A stretch of 64,000 bases of DNA from Eledone cirrhosa (taxonomy: Eukaryota): NCBI GenBank assembly GCA_964016885.1, contig OZ024741.1:21018001-21082000 (forward strand), given 5' to 3'. This document shows, one piece after another, positions 22,401 to 37,793 of this stretch; the stretch's first letter is position 1; each line of letters begins with the position of its first letter. A program made the translations under genes and the position numbers. The notes beneath the pieces are model-generated. The model saw only the letters and a program-made list of their open reading frames with translations, was not told the origin of the DNA and did no database searches.

Positions 22401-25400
22401 AAACTAGTCCTAAACGGTATACAACTGTAGACATCGACTAGTCATAGACGATATACAAATGTAGACATAAATTAGTCATAGACGGCATGCAACTGTAGAC
22501 ACAGACAAGTCATATACGGTATACAACTGTAGACATAGACAAGTCATAGACACTATACAACTGTAGACACAGAGTAGTCATAGGCGGTATACAACCGTAG
22601 ACACAAACTAGTCATAGACGGTATACAACAGTAGACACACACTAGTCATAGATGGTATACAACTGTAGACATAGACAAGTGGTACACGGTATACAACTGT
22701 AGACACAGACTAGTCATAGACGCTATACAACTGTAGACGCAGACTAGCCATAGACGATATACAACTGTAGATACAGACTAGTCATAGACGGCATACAACT
22801 GTAGACGCAGACTAGTTATAGACGGTATAAAACTGTAGACACAGACTTGTCATAGACGGTATACAACTGTAGACACAGACAAGTCATAGACGGTATAGAA
22901 TTGTAGACATAGATAAGTCATAGACGGTATTTAACTGTAGACACAGACTAGTGATAGACGGTATACGACTGTAGACATAGACTAGTCATAGACAGTATAC
23001 AACTGTAGACACAGACAAGTCATATACGGTATACAACTGTAGACACAGACTAGTGATAGACGGTATACAACTGTAGACATAGACTAGTCATAGACGGTAT
23101 ACAACAGTAGACACAGACAAGTCGTAGACGGCATACAACTGTAGACATAGAGTAGTCATAGATGGTATACAACTGTAGATACAAAATAGTCATAGACGGT
23201 ATACAACTGTAGACATAGACAAGTCATAGATGGTATTCAACTGTAGACATAGACTAGTCATAGACGGTATAGAACAGTAGACACAGACTAGACATAGACG
23301 GAATACAGCTGTAGACATTGACAAGTCATAGACGGTATAAAACCTGTATCCACAGACAAGTCATAGACGGCATACAGCCGTAGACACAGACTAGTCATAG
23401 ACGGCATACAACTGTAGACACAAACTAGTCATAGACGGTATACAACTGTAGACACAGACTAGTCATAGACGGTATACAACTGTAGACATAGACTAGTCAT
23501 AGACGGCATACAACCGTAGACGCAGACTAGTCATAGATGGTATACAACTGTAGTCACAGACAGGTCATAGACGGCATACAACTGTAGACAGAGACTAGCC
23601 ATAGACGGCATACAACTGTAGACATAGATTAGTGATAGACGGTATACAACTGTAGACACAGACAAGTCATAGACGGCATACAACTGCAGACATATACTAG
23701 TCATAAACGGTATACAACTGTAGACATTGACTAGTCATAGACGATATACAACTGTAGACATAAATTAATCATAGACGGCATACAACTGTAGACACAGACA
23801 AGTCATATACGGTATACAACTGTAGACATAGACAAGTCATAGACGCTATACAACTGTAGACACAGGCTAGTCATAGACGGCATACAACCGTAAGCATAAA
23901 CTAGTCATAGATGGTATACAACCGTAGACATAGACTAGTCATAGATGGTATACAACTGTAGTAACAGACAGGTCATAGACGGCATACATCTGTAGACAGA
24001 GACTAGTCATAGACGGCATACAACTGTAGACATAGATTAGTCATAGACGGCATACAACTGTAGACACAGACAAGTCATAGACGGCATACAACTGTAGACA
24101 TAAACTAGTCCTAAACGGTATACAACTGTAGACATCGATTAGTCATAGACGATATACAAATGTAGACATAAATTAGTCATAGACGGCATGCAACTGTAGA
24201 CACAGACAAGTCATATACGGTATACAACTGTAGACATAGACAAGTCATAGACACTATACAACTGTAGACACAGAGTAGTCATAGGCGGCATACAACCGTA
24301 GACACAAACTAGTCATAGACGGTATACAACAGTAGACACAGACTAGTCATAGATGGTATACAACTGTAGACATAGACAAGTGGTAGACGGTATACAACTG
24401 TAGACACAGTCTAGTCATAGACTATATACAACTGTCGACACAAACTAGTCATTGACGGTATATAACTGTAGACATAGACAAGTCATAGACGGTATACAAC
24501 TGTAGACATAGACAAGTCATAGTCGGTATTCAACTGTAGACATAGACTAGTCATAGCCGGTATAGAACTGTAGACACAGACTAGACATAGACGGTATACA
24601 ACTGTAGACACAGATAAGTAATAGACTGTGTACAACTGTAGACATAGACAAGTCATAGACGGTATTCAACTGTAGACATTGACTAGACAGAGACGGTATA
24701 GAATCGTAGACACAAACTAGTCATAGACGGTATACAACTGTAGACATAGACTAGTCATAGATGGTATACAACCGTACACACGTAGACACAGACTAGTCAT
24801 AGACAGTATACAACTGTAGACGCAAACAAGTCATAGACGGTATACAACTGTAGACACAGACTAGTCATAGACGGTATACAACTGTAGACACAGACAAGTC
24901 ATAGACGGTATACAACTGTAGACACAGACTAGTCATAGACGGTATACAACTGTAGACATAGACTAGTCATAGACGGCATACAACCGTAGACGCAGACTAG
25001 TCATAGATGGTATACAACTGTAGTCACAGACAGGTCATAGACGGCATACAACTGTAGACAGAGACTAGCCATAGACGGCATACAACTGTAGACATAGATT
25101 AGTGATAGACGGTATACAACTGTAGACACAGACAAGTCATAGACGGCATACATCTGCAGACATAGACTAGTCATAAACGGTATACAACTGTAGACATTGA
25201 CTAGTCATAGACGATATACAACTGTAGACATAAATTAATCATAGACGGCATACAACTGTAGACACAGACAAGTCATATACGGTATACAACTGTAGACATA
25301 GACAAGTCATAGACGCTATACAACTGTAGACACAGACTAGTCATAGACGGCATACAACCGTAAGCATAAACTAGTCATAGATGGTATACAACCGTAGACA

Positions 25401-28400
25401 TAGACTAGTCATAGATGGTATACAACTGTAGTAACAGACAGGTCATAGACGGCATACATCTGTAGACAGAGACTAGTCATAGACGGCATACAACTGTAGA
25501 CATAGATTAGTCATAGACGGCATACAACTGTAGACACAGACAAGTCATAGACGGCATACAACTGTAGACATCGACTAGTCATAGACAATATACAAATGTA
25601 GACATAAATTAGTCATAGACGGCATGCAACTGTAGACACAGACAAGTCATATACGGTATACAACTGTAGACATAGACAAGTCATAGACACTATACAACTG
25701 TAGACACAGAGTAGTCATAGGCGGTATACAACCGTAGACACAAACTAGTCATAGACGGTATACAACAGTAGACACAGACTAGTCATAGATGGTATACAAC
25801 TGTAGACATAGACAAGTGGTACACGGTATACAACTGTAGACACAGACTAGTCATAGACGCTATACAACTGTAGACGCAGACTAGCCATAGACGATATACA
25901 ACTGTAGATACAGACTAGTCATAGACGGCATACAACTGTAGACGCAGACTAGTTAGAGACGGTATAAAACTGTAGACATAGACTTGTCATAGACGGTATA
26001 CAACTGTAGACACAGACAAGTCATAGACGGTATAGAATTGTAGACATAGATAAGTCATAGACGGTATTTAACTGTAGACACAGACTAGTGATAGACGGTA
26101 TACGACTGTAGACATAGACTAGTCATAGACAGTATACAACTGTAGACACAGACAAGTCATATACGGTATACAACTGTAGACACAGACTAGTGATAGACGG
26201 TATACAACTGTAGACATAGACTAGTCATAGACGGTATACAACAGTAGACACAGACTAGACATAGACGGAATACAGCTGTAGACATTGACAAGTCATAGAC
26301 GGTATAAAACCTGTATCCACAGACAAGTCATAGACGCATACAGCCGTAGACACAGACTAGTCATAGACGGCATACAACTGTAGACACAAACTAGTCATAG
26401 ACGGTATACAACTGTAGACACAGACTAGTCATAGACGGTATACAACTGTAGACATAGACTAGTCATAGACGGCATACAACCGTAGACGCAGACTAGTCAT
26501 AGATGGTATACAACTGTAGTCACAGACAGGTCATAGACGGCATACAACTGTAGACAGAGACTAGCCATAGACGGCATACAACTGTAGACATAGATTAGTG
26601 ATAGACGGTATACAACTGTAGACACAGACAAGTCATAGACGGCATACAACTGCAGACATAGACTAGTCATAAACGGTATACAACTGTAGACATTGACTAG
26701 TCATAGACGATATACAACTGTAGACATAAATTAATCATAGACGGCATACAACTGTAGACACAGACAAGTCATATACGGTATACAACTGTAGACATAGACA
26801 AGTCATAGACGCTATACAACTGTAGACACAGACTAGTCATAGACGGCATACAACCGTAAGCATAAACTAGTCATAGATGGTATACAACCGTAGACATAGA
26901 CTAGTCATAGATGGTATACAACTGTAGTAACAGACTAGACATAGACGGAATACAGCTGTAGACATTGACAAGTCATAGACGGTATAAAACCTGTATCCAC
27001 AGACAAGTCATAGACGGCATACAGCCGTAGACACAGACTAGTCATAGACGGCATACAACTGTAGACACAAACTAGTCATAGACGGTATACAACTGTAGAC
27101 ACAGACTAGTCATAGACGGTATACAACTGTAGACATAGACTAGTCACAGACGGCATACAACCGTAGACGCAGACTAGTCATAGATGGTATACAACTATAG
27201 TCACAGACAGGTCATAGACGGCATACAACTGTAGACAGAGACTAGCCATAGACGGCATACAACTGTAGACATAGATTAGTGATAGACGGTATACAACTGT
27301 AGACACAGACAAGTCATAGACGGCATACAACTGCAGACATAGACTAGTCATAAACGGTATACAACTGTAGACATTGACTAGTCATAGACGATATACAACT
27401 GTAGACATAAATTAATCATAGACGGCATACAACTGTAGACACAGACAAGTCATATAAGGTATACAACTGTAGACATAGACAAGTCATAGACGCTATACAA
27501 CTGTAGACACAGACTAGTCATAGACGGCATACAACCGTAAGCATAAACTAGTCATAGATGGTATACAACCGTAGACATAGACTAGTCATAGATGGTATAC
27601 AACTGTAGTAACAGACAGGTCATAGACGGCATACATCTGTAGACAGACACTAGTCATAGACGGCATACAACTGTAGACATAGATTAGTCATAGACGGCAT
27701 ACAACTGTAGACACAGACAAGTCATAGACGGCATACAACTGTAGACATAAACTAGTCCTAAACGGTATACAACTGTAGACATCGACTAGTCATAGACGAT
27801 ATACAAATGTAGACATAAATTAGTCATAGACGGCATGCAACTGTAGACACAGACAAGTCATATACGGTATACAACTGTAGACATAGACAAGTCATAGACA
27901 CTATACAACTGTAGACACAGAGTAGTCATAGGCGGTATACAACCATAGACACAAACTAGTCATAGACGGTATACAACAGTAGACACAGACTAGTCATAGA
28001 TGGTATACAACTGTAGACATAGACAAGTGGTAGACGGTATACAACTGTAGACACAGTCTAGTCATAGACTATATACAACTGTCGACACAAACTAGTCATT
28101 GACGGTATACAACTGTAGACATAGACAAGTCATAGACGGTATACAACTGTAGACATAGACAAGTCATAGTCGGTATTCAACTGTAGACATAGACTAGTCA
28201 TAGCCGGTATAGAACTGTAGACACAGACTAGACATAGACGGTATACAACTGTAGACACAGACAAGTAATAGACGGTGTACAACTGTAGACATAGACAAGT
28301 CATAGACGGTATTCAACTGTAGACATTGACTAGACAGAGACGGTATAGAATCGTAGACACAAACTAGTCATAGACGGTATACAACTGTAGACATAGACTA

Positions 28401-31400
28401 GTCATAGATGGTATACAACCGTACACACGTAGACACAGACTAGTCATAGACAGTATACAACTGTAGACACAAACAAGTCATAGACGGTATACAACTGTAG
28501 ACACAGACTAGTCATAGACGGTATACAACTGTAGATACAGACAAGTCATAGACGTTATACAACTGTAGACATAAATTAGTCATAGACGGCATACAACTGT
28601 AGACACAGACAAGTCATATACGATATACAACCGTAGACATAGTCTAGTTATAGATGGTATACAATTGTAGTCACAGACAAGTCATAGACGGCATACAACT
28701 GTAGACATAGATTAGTCATAAACTGCATACAACTGTAGACATGGACTAGTCATAGACGATATACAACTGTAGACACAAATTAATCATAGACGGCATACAA
28801 CTGTAGACATAGACAAGTCATATACGGTATTAATTTGTAGACATGGACTAGTCATAGACGCTATACAACTGTAGACACAGAGTAGTCATAGAGGTATACA
28901 ACCGTAGACACAAACTAGTCATAGACAGTATACAACAGTAGACACAGACTAGTCATAGACGGCATACAACTGTAGACATAGACAAGTCATAGACGGTATA
29001 CAACTGTAGACATAGACTAGTCATAGACGATATACAGCTGTAGACATAAATTAGTCATAGACGGCATACAACTGTAGACACAGACAATTCATATACGGTA
29101 TACAACTGTAGACACAGACAAGTCTTAGGCGCTATACAACTGTAGACACAGACTAGTCATAGCCCGCATACAACTGTAGACACAAACTAGTCATAGAGGT
29201 ATACAACTGTAGACACAGACTAGTCATAGACGGCATACGACCGTAAGCATAAACTAGTCATAGATGGTATACAATCGTAGACATAGATTAGTCATAGATG
29301 GTATACAACTGTAGTCACAGACAGGTCATAGATGGCAAATACAGCTGTAGAGAGAGACTAGTCATAGACGGCATACAACTGTAGACATAGATTAGTCATA
29401 GACGGCATACAACTGTAGACACAGACAAGTCATAGACGGCATACAACTGTAGACATAAACTAGTCCTAAACGGTATACAACTGTAGACATCGACTAGTCA
29501 TAGACGATATACAACTGTAGACATAAATTAATCATAGACGGCATGCAACTGTAGACACAGACAAGTCATATACGGTATTAATTTGTAGACATAGACAAGT
29601 CATAGACGCTATACAACTGTAGACACAGAGTAGTCTTAGACAGTATACAACCGTAGACACAGACAAGTCATAGACGTTATACAACTGTAGAAATAAATTA
29701 GTCATAGACGGCATACAACTGTAGACACAGACTAATCATAGACGGCATACAACCGTAAGCATAAACTAGTCATAGATGGTATACAACCGTAGACATAGAC
29801 TAGTCATAGAGGGTATACAACTGTAGTTACAGACAGGTCACAGACGGCATCCATCTGTAGACAGAGACTAGTCATAGACGGCATACAACTGTAGACATAG
29901 ATTAGTCATATACGGTATACAACTGTAGACATAGACAAATCATAGACGGTATACAACTGTAGACATAGACTAGTCATAGACGGTATAGTACAGAAGACAC
30001 AGACTAGACATAGACGGTATACAACTGTAGACATAGACAAGTCATAGACGGTATACAACTGTAGACATAGACAAGTCCTAGACGGTATTTAACTGTATAC
30101 ATAGACTAGACATAGACGGTATAGAACTGTAGACACAAACTAGTCATAGACGGTATACAACTGTAGACAGACTAGTCATAGATGGAATACAACCGCAGAC
30201 ACGTAGACACAGACTAGTCATAGAGAGTATACAACTGTAGACACAAACAAGTCATAGACGGTATACAGCTGTAGACACAGACTAGTCATAGACGGTATAC
30301 AACTGTAGACACAGACAAGTCATAGACGTTATACAACTGTAGACATAAATTAGTCATACACGGCATACAACTGTAGACACAGACAAGTCATATACGGTAT
30401 ACAACTGTAGACATAGTCTAGTCATAGATGGTATACAACTGTAGTCACAGACAAGTGATAGACGGCATACAACTGTAGACATAGAGTAGTCATAAACTGC
30501 ATACAACTGTCGACATAGACTAGTCATAAACGGTATACAACTGTAGTCATGGACTAGTCATAGACGATATACAACTATAGACACAAATTAATCATAGACG
30601 GCATACAACTGTAGACACAGACAAGTCATATACGGTATTAATTTGTAGACATAGACAAGTCATAGACGCTATACAACTGTAGACACAGAGTAGTCATAGA
30701 CGCTATACAACTGTAGACATAGACAAGTCATAGACGGTATGCAACTGTAGACACAAACTAGTCATAGACGGTATACAACTGTAGACATAGACTAGTCATA
30801 GATGATATACAACTGTAGACATAAATTAGTCATAGATGGCATACAACTGTAGACACAGACAAGTCATATACGGAATACAACTGTAGACATAGACAAGTCA
30901 TAGAAGCTATACAACTGTAGACACAGACTAGTCATAGACGGCATACAACTGTAGACACAAACTAGTCATAGAGGTATACAACTGTAGACACAGACTAGTC
31001 ATAGACGGCATACAACCGTAAGCATAAACTAGTCATAGATGGTATACAACCGTAGACATAGACTAGTCATAGATGGTATACAACTGTAGTTACAGACAGG
31101 TCATAGACGGCATACATCTGTAGACAGAAACTAGTCATAGACGGCATACAACTGTAGACATAGATTAGTCATATACGGTATACAACCGTAGACATAGACA
31201 AGTCATAGACGTTATACAACTGTAGACATAGACTAGTCATAGACGGTATACAACTGTAGACACAGACAAGTAAAAGACGGTATACAACTGTAGACACAGA
31301 CATGTAATAGACGGTATACAACTGTAGGCATAGACAAGTCATAGACGGTATTCAACTGTAGACATATACTAGACATAGACGGTATAGAACTGTAGACACA

Positions 31401-34400
31401 AACTAGTCATAGACGGTATACAACTGTAGACACAGACTAGTCATAGACGGTATACAACTGTAGACACAGACAATTCATAGACGTTATACAACTGTAGAAA
31501 TAAATTAGTCATAGACGGCATACAACTGTAGACACAGACAAGTCATATACGGTATACAACCCTAGACATAGTCTAGTCATAGATGTTATACAACTGTAGT
31601 CACAGACAAGTCATAGACGGCATACAACTGTAGACATAGATTAGTCATAAACTGCATACAGCTGTAGACATAGACTAGTCATAAACGTTATACAACTGTA
31701 GTCATGGACTAGTCATAGACGATATACAACTGTAGACACAAATTAATCATAGACGGCATACAACTGTAGACACAGACAAGTCATATACGGTATTGATTTG
31801 TAGACATAGACAAGTCATAGACGCTATACAACTGTAGACACAGAGCAGTCATAGACGGTATACAACCGTAGACACAGACTAGTCATAGACGGTATACAAC
31901 AGTAGACACAGACTAGTCATCGACGGTATACAACTGTAGACATAGACTAGTCATAGACGATATACAGCTGTAGACATAAATTAGTCATAGACAGCATACA
32001 ACTGTAGACACAGACAAGTCATATACGGTATACAACTTTAGACATAGACATGTCATAGACGCTATACAACTGTAGACGCAGACTAGTCATAGACGGTATA
32101 CAACTGTAGACATAGACTAGTCATAGACGGCATACAACTGTAGACACAAACTAGTCATAGAGGTATACAACTGTAGACCCAGACTAGTCATAGACGGCAT
32201 ACAACCGTAAGCATAAACTAGTCATAGATGGTATACAAGCGTAGACATAGACTAGTCATAGATGGTATACAACTGTAGTCACAGACAGGTCATAGACGGC
32301 ATGCATCTGTAGAGAGAGACTAGTCATAGACGGCATACAACTGTAGACATAGATTAGTCATAGACGGCATACAACTGTAGACACAGACAAGTCATAGACG
32401 GCATACAACTGTAGACATAAACTAGTCCTAAACGGTATACAACTGTAGACATCGACTAGTCATAGACGATATACAACTGTAGACATACATTAGTCATAGA
32501 CGGCATGCAACTGTAGACACAGACAAGTCATATACGGTATACAACTGTAGACATATACAAGTCATAGACGCTATGCAACTGTAGACACAGAGTAGTCATA
32601 GACGGTATACAACCGTAGACACAAACTAGTCATAGACGGTATACAACAGTAGACACAGACTAGTCATAGATGGTATACAACTGTAGACATAGACAAGTGG
32701 TAGACGGTATACAACTGTAGACACAGACTATTCATAGACGCTATACAACTGTAGACGCAGACTAGTCATAGACGGTATACAACTGTAGACACAGACATGT
32801 CATACACGTTATACAACTGTAGACATAGACTACATAGACGGTATACAACTGTATACACAGACTAGTCATAGACTGTATACAACTGTAGACACAAACTAGT
32901 CATAGACGGTATACAACTGTAGACATAGACAAGTCATAGACGGTATACAACTGTAGACATAGACAAGTCATAGTCGGTATTCAACTGTAGACATAGACTA
33001 GTCATAGCCGGTATAGAACAGTAGACACAGACTAGACATAGACGGTATACAACTGTAGACACAGACAAGTAATAGACGGTATACAACTGTAGACATAGAC
33101 AAGTCATAGACGGTATACAACTGTAGACACAAACTAGTCATAGACGGTATACAACTGTAGACACAGACTAGTCATAGACGGTATACAACTGTAGACACAG
33201 ACAAGTCATAGACGTTATACAACCCTAGACATAGTCTAGTCATAGATGTTATACAACTGTAGTCACAGACAAGTCATAGACGGCATACAACTGTAGACAC
33301 AGACAAGTCATATACGGTATACAACCCTAGACATAGTCTAGTCATAGATGTTATACAACTGTAGTCACAGACAAGTCATAGACGGCATACAACTGTAGAC
33401 ATAGATTAGTCATAAACTGCATACAACTGTAGACATAGACTAGTCATAAACGTTATACAACTGTAGTCATGGACTAGTTATAGACGATATACAACTGTAG
33501 ACACAAATTAATCATAGACGGCATACAACTGTAGACACAGACAAGTCATATACGGTATTAATTTGTAGACATAGACAAGTCATAGACGCTATACAACTGT
33601 AGACACAGAGCAGTCATAGACGGTATACAACCGTAGACACAGACTAGTCATAGACGGTATACAACAGTAGACACAGACTAGTCATAGATGGTATACAACT
33701 GTAGACATAGACAAGTCATACACGGTATGCAACTGTAGACACAAACTAGTCATAGACGGTATACAACTGTAGACATAGACTAGTCATAGACGATATACAG
33801 CTGTAGACATAAATTAGTCATAGACAGCATACAACTGTAGACACAGACAAGTCGTATACGGTATACAACTGTAGACATAGACATGTCATGGACGCTATAC
33901 AACTGTAGACGCAGACTAGTCATAGACGGTATACAACTGTAGACACAGAGAAGTCATACACGTTATACAACTGTAGACATAGACTAGTCATAGACGGCAT
34001 ACAACTGTAGACACAAACTAGTCATAGAGGTATACAACTGTAGACACAGACAAGTCATAGACGCTATACAACTGTAGACCCAGACTAGTCATAGACGGCA
34101 TACAACCGTAAGCATAAACTAGTCATAGACGGTATACAACTGTAGACACAGACAAGTCATAGACGCTATACAACTGTAGACCCAGACTAGTCATAGACGG
34201 CATACAACCGTAAGCATAAACTAGTCATAGATGGTATACAACCGTAGACATAGACTAGTCATAGATGGTATACAACTGTAGTCACAGACAGGTCATAGAC
34301 GGCATACATCTGTAGAGAGAGACTAGTCATAGACGGCATACAACTGTAGACATAGATTAGTCATAGACGGCATACAACTGTAGACACAGACAAGTCATAG

Positions 34401-35823
34401 ACGGCATACAACTGTAGACATAAACTAGTCCTAAACGGTATACAACTGTAGACATCGACTAGTCATAGACGATATACAACTGTAGACATACATTAGTCAT
34501 AGACGGCATGCAACTGTAGACACAGACAAGTCATATACGGTATACAACTGTAGACATAGACAAGTCATAGACGCTATGCAACTGTAGACACAGAGTAGTC
34601 ATAGACGGTATACAACAGTAGACACAGACTAGTCATAGATGGTATACAACTGTAGACATAGACAAGTGGTAGACGGTATACAACTGTAGACACAGACTAT
34701 TCATAGACGCTATACAACTGTAGACGCAGACTAGTCATAGACGGTATACAACTGTAGACACAGACATGTCATACACGTTATACAACTGTAGACATAGACT
34801 ACATAGACGGTATACAACTGTAGACACAGACTAGTCATAGACTGTATACAACTGTAGACACAAACTAGTCATAGACGGTATACAACTGTAGACATAGACA
34901 AGTCATAGACGGTATACAACTGTAGACATAGACAAGTCATAGTCGGTATTCAACTGTAGACATAGACTAGTCATAGCCGGTATAGAACAGTAGACACAGA
35001 CTAGACATAGACGGTATACAACTGTAGACACAGACAAGTAATAGACGGTATACAACTGTAGACATAGACAAGTCATAGACGGTATAGAACTGTAGACACA
35101 AACTAGTCATAGACGGTATACAACTGTAGACATAGACTAGTTATAGATGGAATACAACCGCAGACAGGTAGACACAGACTAGTCATAGAGAGTATACAAC
35201 TGTAGACACAAACAAGTTATAGACGGTATACAACTGTAGACACAAACAAGTTATAGACGGTATACAACTGTAGACACCGTCTAGTCATAGACGGTATACA
35301 ACTGTAGACACAGACAAGTCATAGATGATATACGACCGTAGACACAGACTAGTCATAGACAGTATACAACTGTAGACACAAACAAGTCATAGACGGCATA
35401 CAACTGTAGACACAAATTAATCATAGACGGCATACAACTGTAGACACAGACAAGTCATATACGGTATTAATTTGTAGACATAGACAAGTCATAGACGCTA
35501 TACAACCGTAGACAGAGACTAGTCATAGACGGTATACAACTGTAGACATAGACAAGTCATAGACGGTATGCAACTGTAGACATAGACTAGTCATAGACGG
35601 TATACAACTGTAGACATAGACAAGTCATAAACGGTATACAACTGTAGACTCAGACTAGTCATAGACGGTATACAACTGTAGACGCAGACTAGTCATAGAC
35701 GGTATACAACTGTAGACACAGACCAGTCATAGACGGTATACAACTGTTGACACAGACAAATCATACACGGCATACAACTGTAGACACAGACTAGTCTTAG
35801 ATGGTATACAACTCTAGACACAG
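16482..35823. repeat. 34-bp satellite array (~19.3 kb, ~570 monomers); consensus GTAGACA(C/T)AGAC(A/T)AGTCATAGACGG(T/C)ATACAACT
   Basis: Period of 34 read directly (e.g. gtagacatag at 16861 and 16895). Diagnostic variants recur at 1701-bp spacing. Confidence 0.97.
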
Positions 35824-35948
35824 GGGTTTTACATAAAAATCACATAACTTTAACATTAGTAAATAACAATAAAATATATATTGCGCTCCATTCTTTTGAA
35901 AGTATTTTCCCATTATTTACCATTATGCACACAATCACGAAGTTTTAG

Positions 35949-35974
35949 TAGATAGATAGATAGATAGATAGATA
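35949..35974. repeat. (GATA)n at copy D 3' end, contiguous with a Helitron-like 5' terminus
   Basis: caatcacgaagttttagtagatagat resembles the H3 end caatcacagagttttagtagtata. Confidence 0.9.
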
Positions 35975-37421
35975 ATTTTATTTTTATTTGCCACCTGGGC
36001 ATCAAAAAGTGGGACAAGTACAATGGGGAGAGTTTACATGAAAAGGCGTCCTCAATAAGGAGGAGGCAATAAGAAAGTATAAAAATAAAATAAAATATAA
36101 CAAAATGAATTTTATAGCTAAATCCTCAATAGGGAGGAGGCGCCTTGGGGGCTCGTACACACCCTCGAAAAAAAGTGTGCAACCCTTCTCCTCAGTTGTT
36201 CGACATAGCCCCACAGATCGGCAATGCCCGCGCAGTGTACCAATTCGTGTGCAACGGTTTTCTCGTCGCACACGCATCTGGGACAGATCTTTTTTGAGGG
36301 GTCCGTACCCGGGCGCCCGTCTCTGTAGAGCTTTTCTCGAACGGGCAGAGCCCCTCGGTAGCACTGCCAGGCCAGGGACCTCTGGAAGTTACCCATGGGT
36401 CCCGGGCTGAATGTCCTACCGAACAGGTTGGCCAGTTCGTCTTCCTCCATGCCTAGGGCTTCTCCGAGGGCGTCGTCGCACCTGCTAACCACCAGCCCTC
36501 TATAGAATGACGAGGTGGATTCTCCACTAACAGCCGGGTCCGCCTGCCAGAAAGCCGTGAGCGCCTGGGCACACTCGGTGTGCAAGGCGCCCAGTTTTCT
36601 CGGTCTTTGCTTGACCCGGGATTGCAGCTCGGTGAGTGAGACGAGTCTGGGAAAGGCTCGCCTCACAAACGGGGCCCACACCGGTTGACCGGTGAGGAAT
36701 ACCTGGAGGTGCCGTAGCCTTAATGCGTGTTTACGTATCATTAGTCACGGCATTCCCAGCCCTCCTTTCGAAGGGTGTTGACAGCAGATAGATCTCCTCA
36801 CCATAGGAGCCCGCTTCTTCCAAAGGAATTGGAAGAGTGCGCGCTCCATTTTGGCGAGCGTTTCCCTTGGGCAAGGCACAACGGTCAGGCGGTAGTAGAT
36901 GACGGACGCTATATAAGTGTTCGCCACCTCCGCCCGGCCTTTCAGGGACAGTTTGCACTCGGCCGACAGTGCAAACACCCTGTTCGTTACCTCACCCCAG
37001 TTCTTCTCCACCTGGAGGTCTGGTCCGAACCAGACCCCGAGCAACTTCACCGGGCCCTCCGTCCAGCGCCCGACGACGCCATCGGAGGGCATCGATCTGC
37101 CCTTCCACGTGTCGAGTTGTAGACCGATCGACTTGTCCTGGTTCAGCTTAGCCCCTGTAAACCTTTCGTACTCCTCCAGTAAGGTGCCGATCGCCCCGAT
37201 TTCCGAGGCCGTCGACACCATTACTGTTACGTCGACGGGGTAGGCCAACACCGCTTTCCGCAATCCCGGTTCCAACGGGATGCCCTGCAACAACTCCAAC
37301 TTCCGCAGCTGTGGCTCTAGTGTCATTACATACAGAAGGGAGGAGAGAGGGCACCCTTGTCGGATGGACCGCGCGATTTCGAACGGCTCTGAGAGGTAGC
37401 CGTTCACCTTGACCCTAGAGC
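35975..37421 (-). mobile_element. 5'-truncated Tx1 copy D (same subfamily as B)
   Basis: Closely matches B 2216-4045, with the RT core decayed (YADD to YPVD). An internal deletion of ~370 bp at ~36195 has cag microhomology. GATA lies on both sides. Confidence 0.93.

Positions 37422-37469
<48 letters not shown>
37422..37469. repeat. (GATA)n between copy D 5' junction and copy E 3' end
   Basis: Direct reading of the sequence. Confidence 0.98.
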
Positions 37470-37793
37470 TTCTTTATTAGCCACAGGGGCACAAAAGAAG
37501 GGGAAAAATACAAAGGGGGAAGTTTACATACAATAAAAACGTGTAAAATGTTATCACAAATGGAATTTAAAAAGTTAGTCGATTTTCCCCAATAGAGGGA
37601 GACAGTTTATATGGGTAACACATACCCCCGAAAAAAAATGTGTAACCCTCATCTCCAGGAGTACGAAGAGCTTGTACTCCCTTCCTCTCCTCCTCCTTTT
37701 CCTCAACCTACAGGCTGATATAGAGAGAAGGCCCATTCACTCGGGCCACTTTCACCCACCTTTCATAAAACTTGCTGGGGTACAGCACCAGCA
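37470..37793 (-). mobile_element. Severely 5'-truncated Tx1 copy E (3' UTR + end of ORF2)
   Basis: The 3' end GTGGCTAATAAAGAAA matches copy C, and the ORF2 tail reads ...FYERWVKVARVNGPSLYISL*. It is followed by atagatagata at 37794-37804. Confidence 0.88.

Noticed and set aside
16482-35823. CRISPR-like array (34-bp repeat length)
   Set aside because: Monomers are contiguous with no unique spacers, there are no cas genes, and the context is eukaryotic.
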